Shown here: one piece after another, positions 32,536 through 42,965 of the stretch
Layout of the letters: each line of letters starts with the position of its first letter
How positions within the stretch are numbered: position 1 is the stretch's first letter
Source of the DNA: an uncultured Clostridium sp.
GTDB lineage: Bacteria > Bacillota > Clostridia > TANB77 > CAG-508
Assembly: GCA_900554635.1 (NCBI GenBank)
Contig: USHY01000001.1
Location: 18,728-82,727, forward strand
Direction of reading: 5' to 3'
Length of the DNA: 64,000 bases
Position numbers and translations under genes: made by a program
The notes under the pieces: model-generated
Databases searched by the model: none
Told to the model about the DNA's origin: nothing
The model's input: the letters and a program-made list of their open reading frames with translations, nothing else

Positions 32536-33486
32536 TTACCCTCTTCTTATTTTTTTATATATTTTCAATAATAATTTGTTGTTATTATAAAAAATTCTAC
32601 ATGTTAATTTATATATAACCCCTGTCTGTTTATAATATTTGTTCTGTTGCCACTTTGGATATTTGCTTTTAATGGTTTTTCTAATTTTTTCTATCTGTTT
32701 TTCAGTATTGCTATATTTTATAAATCTTCCTATTCCAGCATATAATAAGTGATTAATATATAAAAATTCTAGTTCTTCTTTGTATGTTGTATTTTTAAAC
32801 TTTGATGTTAATTCTTGCATTACATTGAAAATTGATTCTAGCTTTTCACTATAACTTTGTTGTTGCATTGTTGAATTTTTTCTTATTACATAGTGATACA
32901 ATGGTTCTTCACAGTAAGTAATTTTTTTTGCATATATTGCAAGTACTGGTATTACTGCTAAATCTTCATATATATTGTTTTCTAAAAACTTTAAATTGTT
33001 TCTTTTAAAAATTTCTGTTTTAATTATTTTTGAGCAAGGTCCAGCAACTGATACTATGAAACTCTTTTTCAAGTCTTCATCTAGTACATAAAGTGATTTT
33101 TTATAAATCTTTTTTCTTTCATATTCTTCTACATAGTCACAAACCACTATATCTGAATTGTTTTCAATTGCATTATTATACATCTTTTCTAGCATCTCTT
33201 TGTCAATATAATCATCACTATCAACAAATGTAATAAACTCTCCTGTTGCCATGCTTATGCCAATATTCCTTGCAATTGCTTGTCCCTCATTTGTTTTAGA
33301 TTTATATTTAATATTTTCATATTTGCTACAGTATTTTTTAATAATATTTAGTGAATTATCTGTAGAGCCATCATCTATTATAATTATTTCTATATCCTCT
33401 AAACTCTGTGCTACGATATTATTTAAGCATTTTACTAAATATTTTTCTGCATTATAAACTGGAATAATAACACTTACCTTATACAA
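32536..33486 (-). CDS. GT2 family glycosyltransferase
   Basis: MYKVSVIIPVYNAEKYLVKCL...IIDDGSTDNS...DSDDY. Confidence 0.8.
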   Translation of the reverse strand: MYKVSVIIPVYNAEKYLVKCLNNIVAQSLEDIEIIIIDDGSTDNSLNIIKKYCSKYENIKYKSKTNEGQAIARNIGISMATGEFITFVDSDDYIDKEMLEKMYNNAIENNSDIVVCDYVEEYERKKIYKKSLYVLDEDLKKSFIVSVAGPCSKIIKTEIFKRNNLKFLENNIYEDLAVIPVLAIYAKKITYCEEPLYHYVIRKNSTMQQQSYSEKLESIFNVMQELTSKFKNTTYKEELEFLYINHLLYAGIGRFIKYSNTEKQIEKIRKTIKSKYPKWQQNKYYKQTGVIYKLTCRIFYNNNKLLLKIYKKIRRG

Positions 33487-33498
33487 ATCTTGCTCTCC

Positions 33499-34635
33499 TT
33501 ATAAATTTTCTAAAAACTCTGACCATTCTTTCTGAACTTTTTCCTTTGAATATTTTTCTAATATTTTTTTTGCATTATTTGAAAGTCTTTGCATTTCTTG
33601 CTTGTTTTCAATAGTTTTGGCTATTTTTTCTGCCATTTGCTTTTTATCTCTATTAGGTATTAAGTAGCCATTTTCTCCATTTTGAATAATTTCCTTTGGC
33701 CCATCACATGAATCAAATGCAAACAATGGAAGTCCTGCACTTGCAGCTTCTATTAATACTAATCCTAATGATTCTGAGTGTGATGTCATTACATATATTG
33801 AAGAATTGCTGTACTCCTCTTCAACTTTTTCAGTAGTTAGTTCACCTAGTAATAAAACTTTATTTTGCAAATTTAGGCTATTAATTTTATTCTTCAGAGC
33901 TTCCTTCTGACTACCGCTTCCTATTATTTTCAAATTCCAATCTGGATTTTTTTCTTGAAAAATTTCAAAAACATCAATTAAATCATCAAATCCCTTAACA
34001 GGTTCAAGTCTTCCTACTGATATTATTGTTTTATTTTCTAAATTTGAAACTTTATCTGTTTTTCTTTCAATATAATTTGGAATAAACTTAACTTTTGTGT
34101 TTCCAATTTTTCCTTCATAAAAATCACTCAAGTTCTTTGATGTTGGCATTAGATAATCAATATTCTTTAGTGATTTTACTAATTTTTTTATATATTTTTT
34201 ATTATTGTTATGTGAATTATGTTCTTCAGCTATTTTAATAATTCCATTCTTTGCATATTTGCCAACCCAATTATTGTGTAAAATTCTTGTTGAAATAATA
34301 ACATCACAATCAAGCTCTTTTATCTTTTCTACCATCGTTTTTTTTCGCAAATACAGTATTTTAAGGCTTTTTAAAGATTCTTTGGCCAATGTAAATATTT
34401 TTGCATTTTTTATTGCTGATTTTATTTCTTTTCTATTTGGTTTAAGGTTTGGTAACAAATATTCAATTTTTACACTAGGATTTATTTCAAATGCTGGCAA
34501 ATCGTTTAGTTTGTATGTTGAGATAATTGTAACATCATTTTCCATACATAATATATTTGCTAAATTGCAAATAGCCTTTTCTGCTCCCCCTGCTCCTAAG
34601 TGTAATGCTAGAATTACAATTTTTTTATTCTTCAT
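33499..34635 (-). CDS. GT4 (group 1) glycosyltransferase
   Basis: GT-B with C-terminal E-x7-E region (ESLGLVLIEAASAGLPLFAFDSCDGPKEII). Confidence 0.8.
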   Translation of the reverse strand: MKNKKIVILALHLGAGGAEKAICNLANILCMENDVTIISTYKLNDLPAFEINPSVKIEYLLPNLKPNRKEIKSAIKNAKIFTLAKESLKSLKILYLRKKTMVEKIKELDCDVIISTRILHNNWVGKYAKNGIIKIAEEHNSHNNNKKYIKKLVKSLKNIDYLMPTSKNLSDFYEGKIGNTKVKFIPNYIERKTDKVSNLENKTIISVGRLEPVKGFDDLIDVFEIFQEKNPDWNLKIIGSGSQKEALKNKINSLNLQNKVLLLGELTTEKVEEEYSNSSIYVMTSHSESLGLVLIEAASAGLPLFAFDSCDGPKEIIQNGENGYLIPNRDKKQMAEKIAKTIENKQEMQRLSNNAKKILEKYSKEKVQKEWSEFLENL

Positions 34636-35992
34636 ATATTTCCTCTTTATTATTCAATAGATATATTAATTCAAACATATTAATTATCACAAAAATACTA
34701 ACCGCTGGAGCTGTAAACACATGTCCTGCAAGTAATGCTATTCCAAAACTTAATAGAACTGAATATAATGCTAAAATTACCTTTCCATTTCTTATGTTTT
34801 TTAAAAAACTTCTAAAAATATTTTGGACAATTACTATAATGACTAATATTAGTGGTGTCCAATAAATTACGGTTCCCAAAATACCTTGGCAGAAGAATAT
34901 GTCAAAATAATCAATTTCTACTAGTTTTCTTTCTTCAATTATTCCTTCTACATTTTTATGTGCATAACCAACTCCTATAATTTTTGTTGTAATATCACTT
35001 TGTTTATATTCTTTTAGAGTATCCTTAAAAAATAGGTTTCTGTTACTTAATATTTTTGTTAAAATTGGGTTTAATTCTTTTTCATTATCATTTTCTGTAT
35101 CTTTGTTTTTCTCTGAATCTGGGTTTGTTTGTGTTCCTTGTGTATTGCTATCATCAAATTTTACTCTTAGATTTTCAACTGCTGGTACTTGGTTAATAAA
35201 TATACCAAATATTATTATAAAGCAAAGTAATGTTGAAAAATATTTATATGTTCTTTTTCTTTCTTTTGTGAACATTTTAATTAGCATAATTACTAATAAT
35301 ATGCCTAATAATCCTATAGCTGCTGCAAATGGTGTTTTTGTTCCAATTTCAAGTATTGCAACTATTCCTACAGCACCACAGATTACATTGAATATTTTGA
35401 ATTTTTTTGTAAGGAATGAAATAAATGTTATTGGAAGTAAAATGCTTAAAATTGCTCCTATTTCATTTCCAGCGTAAAATAGCCCTACTGTTCCCTTATA
35501 TATATCATCTCCATATGTTTTATATGCTATATTTAAAATACTTGAAACCACAATAACTATTGAGTAAATTAATAAAGATATATTTAAGGCATTTCTTTTT
35601 GTTTTGTATTTATCAGTTTTAAATATAGCCAAAAAGCTAGCTAAAACAACTGGGAAATACATTGTTTTTATCAAGCCCTTAACTTCTGTAAAAATTGCTA
35701 CTACCCCATTAGCTTTATAGCGGAAAAACATATAGCAAACAGAGTAAACCGCAATTAGAGCATAATAAATAAAAGCAAGTGTTCTTTCCTTTCCCTTTGT
35801 TTTTATTAGTGTATAGATTACAATAAAAATCATAAAAGCCATACGAATAGCAATTCCTATTGATAGCTTTTCTGAAATATTCCTTACACATATAGATGTT
35901 ATTATATCTACAATTGGTTGTATAATAATATACCAATATAAAATATTATCAAGATTAAATTTGTTTTTTATTTTTGCTAAACTATTCCCCAT
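34625..35992 (-). CDS. wzy: Wzy-type O-antigen/glycopolymer polymerase, locus B
   Basis: 455 aa, ~11 TM helices with large periplasmic-type loop (residues ~270-340). No other motif. Confidence 0.6.
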   Translation of the reverse strand: MGNSLAKIKNKFNLDNILYWYIIIQPIVDIITSICVRNISEKLSIGIAIRMAFMIFIVIYTLIKTKGKERTLAFIYYALIAVYSVCYMFFRYKANGVVAIFTEVKGLIKTMYFPVVLASFLAIFKTDKYKTKRNALNISLLIYSIVIVVSSILNIAYKTYGDDIYKGTVGLFYAGNEIGAILSILLPITFISFLTKKFKIFNVICGAVGIVAILEIGTKTPFAAAIGLLGILLVIMLIKMFTKERKRTYKYFSTLLCFIIIFGIFINQVPAVENLRVKFDDSNTQGTQTNPDSEKNKDTENDNEKELNPILTKILSNRNLFFKDTLKEYKQSDITTKIIGVGYAHKNVEGIIEERKLVEIDYFDIFFCQGILGTVIYWTPLILVIIVIVQNIFRSFLKNIRNGKVILALYSVLLSFGIALLAGHVFTAPAVSIFVIINMFELIYLLNNKEEIYEE

Positions 35993-36107
35993 TATAAACT
36001 CCTTAAATTAACTATTTATTGTCTTAAATATTTTATCCTTTATTGCATATTTTGTCAAGCATTATAGCATAAAAATAAGGCCATAAAATGACCTTATTTT
36101 CGACAAA

Positions 36108-37559
36108 TTATTTGTTTAAAACAGCATTAATTTTATCTGTTGCATCTTTTACAGAATCTGAATTTGGTATCATAACATATAGCTCTTGACTACCCATAGA
36201 GTAAGTTGATGAATATGAACCAGTTCCAACTAAAGAATTATTTTTAATTGTCCAAGATGGCATAGAATTTAATTGATCTTTTACTATAGTACTAATCTCA
36301 TCTTGACTTATATTAGTTTGGAAACAACCTTTTAAACCATTCAATATGCTAGTATATTTTGTTAAAATAGTTGTGCTTCCAGTTACTTTATTTACAATTG
36401 CTTCTATGACTTTTTGTTGATTTTTTACTCTCTGATTATCTCCATCTATAAAAGCATGTCTTTCTCTGCTAAAAGCTAAAGCTGCATCTCCATCTAAGTG
36501 GTTTATTCCTTTTCTAAAGCTGTATGTGCCTGTTGAGAATGAATACTCTGAGTTAACATCAACACCACCTAAGGTATCAACTAGTTTTATTACAGTTGTA
36601 AAGTTTACCCTTACATAGTAGTTAATATCTATATCTAGTAAATCTTCTACTGTTGTTACAGTTTCATTAATACCATAAATACCTGAGTGTGTTAATTTAT
36701 CTTTTGCCTTTTTACTGTGTAGTGTAACATAGTAATCTCTAGGAATAGAAGTTAATAAAATCTCATGTTTTTTCAAGTTTACTGTAACAATAATATTAGC
36801 ATCACTTCTTGAAACATTGCTAATTTTACCAGATGTATCAATTCCACTTATATAAATGTTAAAAGCCTTATCATCAATATTATAATCAGAATTTTGGTCA
36901 TCAATTTCTGCAGTTTTCTTAATTTTATGAGTTGCAGTATAGATAATTTTAGTATCTGCTTTAAAGTTTTCAATTAATTCATCTAACATATTATATTGAG
37001 ATGAACTAACTGCAATAGCATCACATTTGCCTTCTTTCAAGCTATTTCCTACATCTTGCAGGCTTTCCTTTTTGTTTAAGGATGCTTTTGATTTTTCTTT
37101 AATCTCTGCTTCAACATCATCTTCTATTTGGAATAAATCAATATTCTTATTTTTTAATTCTGAAATTTTATTATATTGACTATTTTTCTGAGTCACCACA
37201 TAATAATCCTCAGTTTCAATAATATCCCTAAACATATTACCTAGAAATTTATTTGTAGCATTTGCATAATTAATTGCAAATATGTATATTACTGAAAAAA
37301 TAATTGCTAAAAATAAACTGAAAATATTTAGTTTATATGTTTTATGCTTTTTAGCAAGCCCACATATTATAAGTACTGTTATAATAAGCTCTACTAAGCT
37401 AAATATAAGTACGTATTTGCCTGGAAGTAGATTCATTTTAACTATTGATGTGATAAATACTCCCGTTATTATTATGAAAATTAATGTTGTTATTAGAAAA
37501 AAGGTTGAAGCCTTTTTGCTATTTCTTTTTTTGTTTTGAACTTTATTTGGTTCCTTCAT
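36108..37559 (-). CDS. LytR-CpsA-Psr (LCP) family glycopolymer-to-peptidoglycan ligase with extra middle domain
   Basis: N-terminal TM. C-terminal LCP core ...ILLTSIPRDYYV...GINETVTTVEDLLDIDINYYVRVNFTTVIKLVDTLGGVDV... Confidence 0.8.
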   Translation of the reverse strand: MKEPNKVQNKKRNSKKASTFFLITTLIFIIITGVFITSIVKMNLLPGKYVLIFSLVELIITVLIICGLAKKHKTYKLNIFSLFLAIIFSVIYIFAINYANATNKFLGNMFRDIIETEDYYVVTQKNSQYNKISELKNKNIDLFQIEDDVEAEIKEKSKASLNKKESLQDVGNSLKEGKCDAIAVSSSQYNMLDELIENFKADTKIIYTATHKIKKTAEIDDQNSDYNIDDKAFNIYISGIDTSGKISNVSRSDANIIVTVNLKKHEILLTSIPRDYYVTLHSKKAKDKLTHSGIYGINETVTTVEDLLDIDINYYVRVNFTTVIKLVDTLGGVDVNSEYSFSTGTYSFRKGINHLDGDAALAFSRERHAFIDGDNQRVKNQQKVIEAIVNKVTGSTTILTKYTSILNGLKGCFQTNISQDEISTIVKDQLNSMPSWTIKNNSLVGTGSYSSTYSMGSQELYVMIPNSDSVKDATDKINAVLNK

Positions 37560-37682
37560 TAATGTTCCTCCTTGTTTTTTATTTATTCTTTAATATTATA
37601 AACTTTGCTGAAAAAAATTGCAAGCTCAAGAGTTTTATTGATATTTCAAATGTTTTTTAAAGTTATATTATATTATTCACTT

Positions 37683-38714
37683 TCACCTTTTTTCTAGTCT
37701 GACATAGTCAATTAATCTTTTATATCCTTCTTTTAATGTAACTCTTGGTTCCCATCCTAATTTTCTTAATTTTGTATTTTGCAAAATCATTTCATTATCT
37801 GGAGCAAACTCAGTTTTAATATTTTTTTCACATATTACATGATTTTCATTGTTACCAAATTCTTGTAGTAGCCATTCAGCAGATTCTAGTATTGTCATAT
37901 CTGTCTTTTCCCCTACAATATTATAGCTTGTACCGTTTATACCATTAAGTAGTACACAAAATATACCTAGAACAGTATCCGTAGTATATGAATAATTTAT
38001 TATTGTTCTTCCTGTTGATTTTAAAATAATATCTTTTTTATCGATTATACAATCTATAAAATACTTAAAAACTCTAGTTTCGTTTTTTTGTATTCCTGGC
38101 CCAAATGTTTGTGCGATTCTGCACATTTTAACAGGCACATTATACTCGCTAAAATAGCTATAGCAATATAATTCTGCAATTCTCTTTCCCTCTGAATATG
38201 AGCTACGTGTATTTAGAATTTCAATTTTGCCAATTTTATCCTCTGTAACATTTTGATCTTTCATTGTCCCATACATTTCCATAGAAGACAAATATACCAT
38301 TGATTTTACACTATTATTCTTGGCAATTTCTAGCACATTTTTAGTTCCTAAAATTGATATATCTAATGTTTCTACCGGATTTTGTGTAAAGAACTTAGAT
38401 TGTGTTGGTGATGCTCCATGTATAATATAATCTACATTTATATTATACTTTAGATTTTCTATACTACTTTCTATGTATTCAATATTATTATCACATCCGA
38501 ACATATCTATTGCATTTTTCTTGTTTCTCACTAATAGGAGCATTTTTATATTAGCATTTTTGTTTATGTTTCTCCATATAAATGATTTTACAATTAATGA
38601 ACCAATTAGCCCTGTTGCACCTGTTATAAAAAAACTATGATTATCAATTTTGTTCCAATCAATTAGTTTATTAGAACAAATTGTCTCAATGTCCTGTTCT
38701 AAAATTTTATTCAT
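37683..38714 (-). CDS. NAD-dependent sugar-nucleotide epimerase/dehydratase/reductase (SDR)
   Basis: FFITGATGLIGSLIV. YxxxK at YSYSEGKRIAE. Confidence 0.75.
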   Translation of the reverse strand: MNKILEQDIETICSNKLIDWNKIDNHSFFITGATGLIGSLIVKSFIWRNINKNANIKMLLLVRNKKNAIDMFGCDNNIEYIESSIENLKYNINVDYIIHGASPTQSKFFTQNPVETLDISILGTKNVLEIAKNNSVKSMVYLSSMEMYGTMKDQNVTEDKIGKIEILNTRSSYSEGKRIAELYCYSYFSEYNVPVKMCRIAQTFGPGIQKNETRVFKYFIDCIIDKKDIILKSTGRTIINYSYTTDTVLGIFCVLLNGINGTSYNIVGEKTDMTILESAEWLLQEFGNNENHVICEKNIKTEFAPDNEMILQNTKLRKLGWEPRVTLKEGYKRLIDYVRLEKR

Positions 38715-38718
38715 ATCA

Positions 38719-39453
38719 CTATACTCCTAACACTTGTTTTGCTTTTTTTGATTTTATCAATGCTTCAGCTACATAAAAATCATCTGGTGTAGTTATTTTA
38801 ATATTATCTGAACTACATTTTACAATGTGCATTTTGCAAGAATTAGAAAATGTATTCATTACCGAACAAGCATCAATCATGTTGGTTTCTCCAAGTTCAT
38901 GTGCTTTTTTATGTGCTGCTGTTAGTTCATCCAATAAAAAGGTCTGTGGGGCTCTTGCAATATATGTGTTTTGCCTTTCTGTTATATTTGTAATTTCTCC
39001 ATTTGTTCCATCTGCAATAACTGTAGTTTCTTTAGATTGAGCACAGCTAATTGCTGCACCAAACTTTCGTGCAGTTTCTATATTTCTTTTTATTAAGTCT
39101 GAATCAATTATTGGTCTTACCCCATCATGCATAACTATAATGTTTTTTTCATTTTTATTTACGAATTTATTTGCAGCCATTACCCCATTGTATGATGATA
39201 GTTGATTTGTCTCTCCCCCCTCAACAATTTCTAAAACTTTGGTTATTTTATACTGCTCAATTAAGTTTTTTAGATATTCCATATACTCCTTGACACAAGT
39301 TATAATAACTCCATCTACTTCTTCACATTCTTGAAAAATTAATAATGTATGAATAATAATTGGCACATCATTGATTTTTAAAAACTGCTTTGGAATACCA
39401 TTTGGATTCATTCTTTTTCCTACACCGCCAGCCAAAATAACAGCAATATTCAT
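38719..39453 (-). CDS. IspD-family cytidylyltransferase, ribitol-5-phosphate cytidylyltransferase (TarI)-like
   Basis: MNIAVILAGGVGKRM...PKQF. 244 aa. Adjacent to an SDR reductase/epimerase and a LicD gene. Confidence 0.7.
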   Translation of the reverse strand: MNIAVILAGGVGKRMNPNGIPKQFLKINDVPIIIHTLLIFQECEEVDGVIITCVKEYMEYLKNLIEQYKITKVLEIVEGGETNQLSSYNGVMAANKFVNKNEKNIIVMHDGVRPIIDSDLIKRNIETARKFGAAISCAQSKETTVIADGTNGEITNITERQNTYIARAPQTFLLDELTAAHKKAHELGETNMIDACSVMNTFSNSCKMHIVKCSSDNIKITTPDDFYVAEALIKSKKAKQVLGV

Positions 39454-39471
39454 AACTTTTCCTCCTACTCT

Positions 39472-40323
39472 TTATTTTTTATTATAATATTTATAACTTT
39501 TTTCTAAATCTATTATTTGATTATAATGATGTGGTTTTCGTTCTTCTTCAGGTGGTAACTTCATATAATCTCCATAATGTTGCTTCAAAAAAGCATCATA
39601 ATTTTGTGGAATCACAACATCTATTCCTTCAAATTTTTTCACTACTCCATTTCCGAAGTAATTTTTCGGAAACACAAGGGATAATGGTGCTTTTACTGGA
39701 TCAAAAAATGGACATACATACTCACTTTCATCATAATTATATTTTGTTGCAATTTTCTCTTTTTTTTCTAAAAGTTGTACTATATTTTTATTGCCATAAA
39801 TAATACCTGTAAAAGCATTAATTATACGTCTTTTTATACTTCGTTTTATATTTGTAGTGTAGCTTTTAGCGATGTGTATGTTATAAAGTATAAATTGTAT
39901 TTTATTAATTGCATTTTTTATTCTCCTATTTGGATTATATCCATCAAGTGGGAAAATGTCTATAAAAACTCCATGGTTAATATTTTGTTTTTGTACTGTT
40001 GCTTCTATAAAAGTAGTCTCTGAATTTCTAATCTTTGCATAACCCATAGTATACTCAGAATCAGTTTTATATGTTTGCAAAAAATACTTTTTTTGCATTA
40101 AATCTTGTCCTTTTTCTAAAAAGGTTTCATAATCTTTTCTTGGCATTATAACATCAATATCATCATCCCATGGAATAAATCCTTCATGTCTAACTGTGCC
40201 TAATACCGAACCTCCTGCTAAGAAATATCTAAGGTTCAAATTCTTGCATATACTTATAAATTCTTTTAATATATTTAATTCTACTAATTGAAGCTCTCTT
40301 ATATTCACTTCTTTATTCTGCAT
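39472..40323 (-). CDS. LicD family phosphotransferase (phosphocholine/ribitol-phosphate transferase)
   Basis: LAGGSVLGTVRHEGFIPWDDDIDVIMPRKDY is the LicD nucleotidyltransferase-fold motif. Confidence 0.8.
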   Translation of the reverse strand: MQNKEVNIRELQLVELNILKEFISICKNLNLRYFLAGGSVLGTVRHEGFIPWDDDIDVIMPRKDYETFLEKGQDLMQKKYFLQTYKTDSEYTMGYAKIRNSETTFIEATVQKQNINHGVFIDIFPLDGYNPNRRIKNAINKIQFILYNIHIAKSYTTNIKRSIKRRIINAFTGIIYGNKNIVQLLEKKEKIATKYNYDESEYVCPFFDPVKAPLSLVFPKNYFGNGVVKKFEGIDVVIPQNYDAFLKQHYGDYMKLPPEEERKPHHYNQIIDLEKSYKYYNKK

Positions 40324-41680
40324 ACTTTACTCCTTTTATTCTATTTTTCAAAAATTTTAATGGTTCAATAAATAAAATTGCTTTTATTGCAAATTTAGAA
40401 AGTACTCTAGTTTCTTTAAATATTCCAAATGATACTATGTTTGCAATAAATTGACTTATTAATGTTGCAATAGCTGCTCCATACATACCATACTTTGGTA
40501 TTAAAATTGCGTTAAATATAATGTTTGAAATGCTACCTGTAGCAGAATAAAACAAACTATATTTTCCTTTATTTTCACAAATTAGCCAAACATAATGTAC
40601 ATTTCCTAATATTCCAAACCAAATACCCCAGATTAGTATATATAGTATTTTTGATGCTTCTAAAAAAGCCTTTCCATATAAAATCACAATTATCAATCTT
40701 GCAAAAATTGTTATTCCTATTGCAAATAAAATACTAACTAATGATGAAATGTCATATAATCTTTGTAAATTTTTTACATATTCTTTATTATTATTTTCAC
40801 CTTTATATTTCATAATTACAGGTTTAAAAGATGATATAATTGAGTTTGGTACAAATGCCCACATTTCAGCAATTCTAACCGCAGCAGAATAAATTCCGAC
40901 TTGAGATTTGTCCTCTATCATTTTTCCTAACATAACTTGATCAATTCTCATATAAATTGTAACCATGATAGATGATAATGCAAAATACCAACAATTACTC
41001 AATAATTTTTTTGCATAGTCTTTATCAAATGACCATCTACTTGTTGTTCCAATCTTTTTATGTATCAGTTTATATGAAATAAAAAGGAAAATTGCATATA
41101 CTATTCCTTCCACTAAATATGTTGCTGTATAGTATCTAATATCTAATTTTAGCACAACTATCAGAACCTTTAATATTGAAAATATAGTATAAGAAATGCA
41201 CTTTGATACTGCTAAATATTTTACTTTTAAATTTGCAGTTGCATAAAAATCAATAACTTCAGAGCAACTGAAAAACATCATTAACGATAATAATGTTCCT
41301 ATCACCATTGAAGTATTATCATTATTTGTCATTAAACATACAGTAATTTCAGCTACTACAATAAGTACTATAGCTACAATCATTCTTAAAATGAAACTTG
41401 TCCCCATTATTTTGCCTTCATCTTCAGGTCTTTGTGTTAAGTCTTTTGTTGCAATATGGTAAATTCCTATTCCTGCAATACCACTAAATAAACTAGTAAT
41501 AGATAATATGTAATTAAATACTCCATATTGCTTGGTTCCAAAATATCTTGCTATAATACCTGTAGTTACAATCGCTAATATCATTGTGAAAATATTCTGA
41601 AATACAATCCAGCTACTATTTTTAGCAACCTTTTTTAAAACATTATGTCCTTCTAATTTTTGCTTAATATTCGAAAACAT
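40313..41680 (-). CDS. wzx: Wzx-type flippase (MOP family), locus A
   Basis: 455 aa, 12 TM helices. Confidence 0.7.
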   Translation of the reverse strand: MFSNIKQKLEGHNVLKKVAKNSSWIVFQNIFTMILAIVTTGIIARYFGTKQYGVFNYILSITSLFSGIAGIGIYHIATKDLTQRPEDEGKIMGTSFILRMIVAIVLIVVAEITVCLMTNNDNTSMVIGTLLSLMMFFSCSEVIDFYATANLKVKYLAVSKCISYTIFSILKVLIVVLKLDIRYYTATYLVEGIVYAIFLFISYKLIHKKIGTTSRWSFDKDYAKKLLSNCWYFALSSIMVTIYMRIDQVMLGKMIEDKSQVGIYSAAVRIAEMWAFVPNSIISSFKPVIMKYKGENNNKEYVKNLQRLYDISSLVSILFAIGITIFARLIIVILYGKAFLEASKILYILIWGIWFGILGNVHYVWLICENKGKYSLFYSATGSISNIIFNAILIPKYGMYGAAIATLISQFIANIVSFGIFKETRVLSKFAIKAILFIEPLKFLKNRIKGVKYAE

Positions 41681-41690
41681 TTCTAGCTCC

Positions 41691-42965
41691 TTATTTTTTT
41701 ATTATTTCATTATATATTTTAATAATTTGATTAGCATTATTTTCAGCATTGTGCCTACTTAATGCTTTTTCTCTTGCTTGTCTGCCATACTCTATGCACA
41801 ATTTATCATCTTCGAAATATCTACTTATATAATCTGCACACATTGCAGGTTCTGTATATGGATATAATAGCCCCTCTTCTTTATGTTTTAATATATCCAT
41901 TGTTCCACCTGTATTAGTAGCTACACAAGGCATTCCTAAAAGCATTGCCTCTCCTAGAGAGTTTGAGCTATTTTCAATAGCTGATGGAAGAACAAAAACA
42001 TTACTTTTTAAATATCGATTTATCATTTCTTCTTCACTCAATAATCCTGTAAATTCAACTTGATTTTCTAAGTTATATTTTTTTATTAGCTTTTTAATAA
42101 TTTTAGCATAACCACCAAATTTAATTTTTTTCATAAGTGTAGTAGTGTTTGTTATGTTATTACCCGCAATATATAATTTTAGATCTGGATAGCTTTGTTT
42201 TAATATGTACACTGCTTGTAATAAAAAATGCAATCCCTTTATTGGATAACTTCCTTGGCTTGTAAAAATACTATGTTTTTCAATGTTTTGAATATTCCAT
42301 TCTTTACTATAAAAACCAGTTCGTAAGGTTTCATTTCCTATAAAATATTTTTCTTCTGGATTAATTGCTTTTGTATTTGCATAATCCCAAGTTGTTCTAC
42401 CAATAATGGCTTCAGATTTTTTTATTAACTCAATTTCATTCTTTCCCCTATTAGCAAATTTTCTTTTTTGTTGAAAAATACTATCATGTCGTAGTAAATC
42501 CCTAAATGTTATATTTTTCAATATTTCTTGTGTATCTAATCCCGCATAATATACTTTAGCAATTACAGAAGTAAGTCCCTGTATAGATGTAATTACTTTA
42601 ACATTTGGACATGCTTTTTTAAAAGATAAACCATGGGCAAACTCTGTACCATGAATATTAACTAAATCTGGTTTAAATTCATTATTTACTTCTTTCCAAT
42701 ATGCTTCTAACTTTGAATTATACTTTATTGTAGGTAGACCTGGAACAAGATAATAAATAATTTTTCCATCATCATATTTTTTTATTTCTTTTCCATTATA
42801 CACTGTAGCAATTGCTAATTTAATATCATTATTATCTTTTAACATGTTTGCTAATCCATTCAACCAGCCTCCAAAGCAACATTTTTCTTGTCCGATTTTA
42901 CTTGCTGGATATGGAAAAATTGTATTAACTATCCAAAGAATTTTCATAATTTTCTTCCTTTCCAC
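41691..42965 (-). CDS. GT4 glycosyltransferase
   Basis: GT-B fold, C-terminal ...EGFGLPAIEAM-like region (NSLGEAMLLGMPCVATNTGG). Confidence 0.75.
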   Translation of the reverse strand: MERKKIMKILWIVNTIFPYPASKIGQEKCCFGGWLNGLANMLKDNNDIKLAIATVYNGKEIKKYDDGKIIYYLVPGLPTIKYNSKLEAYWKEVNNEFKPDLVNIHGTEFAHGLSFKKACPNVKVITSIQGLTSVIAKVYYAGLDTQEILKNITFRDLLRHDSIFQQKRKFANRGKNEIELIKKSEAIIGRTTWDYANTKAINPEEKYFIGNETLRTGFYSKEWNIQNIEKHSIFTSQGSYPIKGLHFLLQAVYILKQSYPDLKLYIAGNNITNTTTLMKKIKFGGYAKIIKKLIKKYNLENQVEFTGLLSEEEMINRYLKSNVFVLPSAIENSSNSLGEAMLLGMPCVATNTGGTMDILKHKEEGLLYPYTEPAMCADYISRYFEDDKLCIEYGRQAREKALSRHNAENNANQIIKIYNEIIKK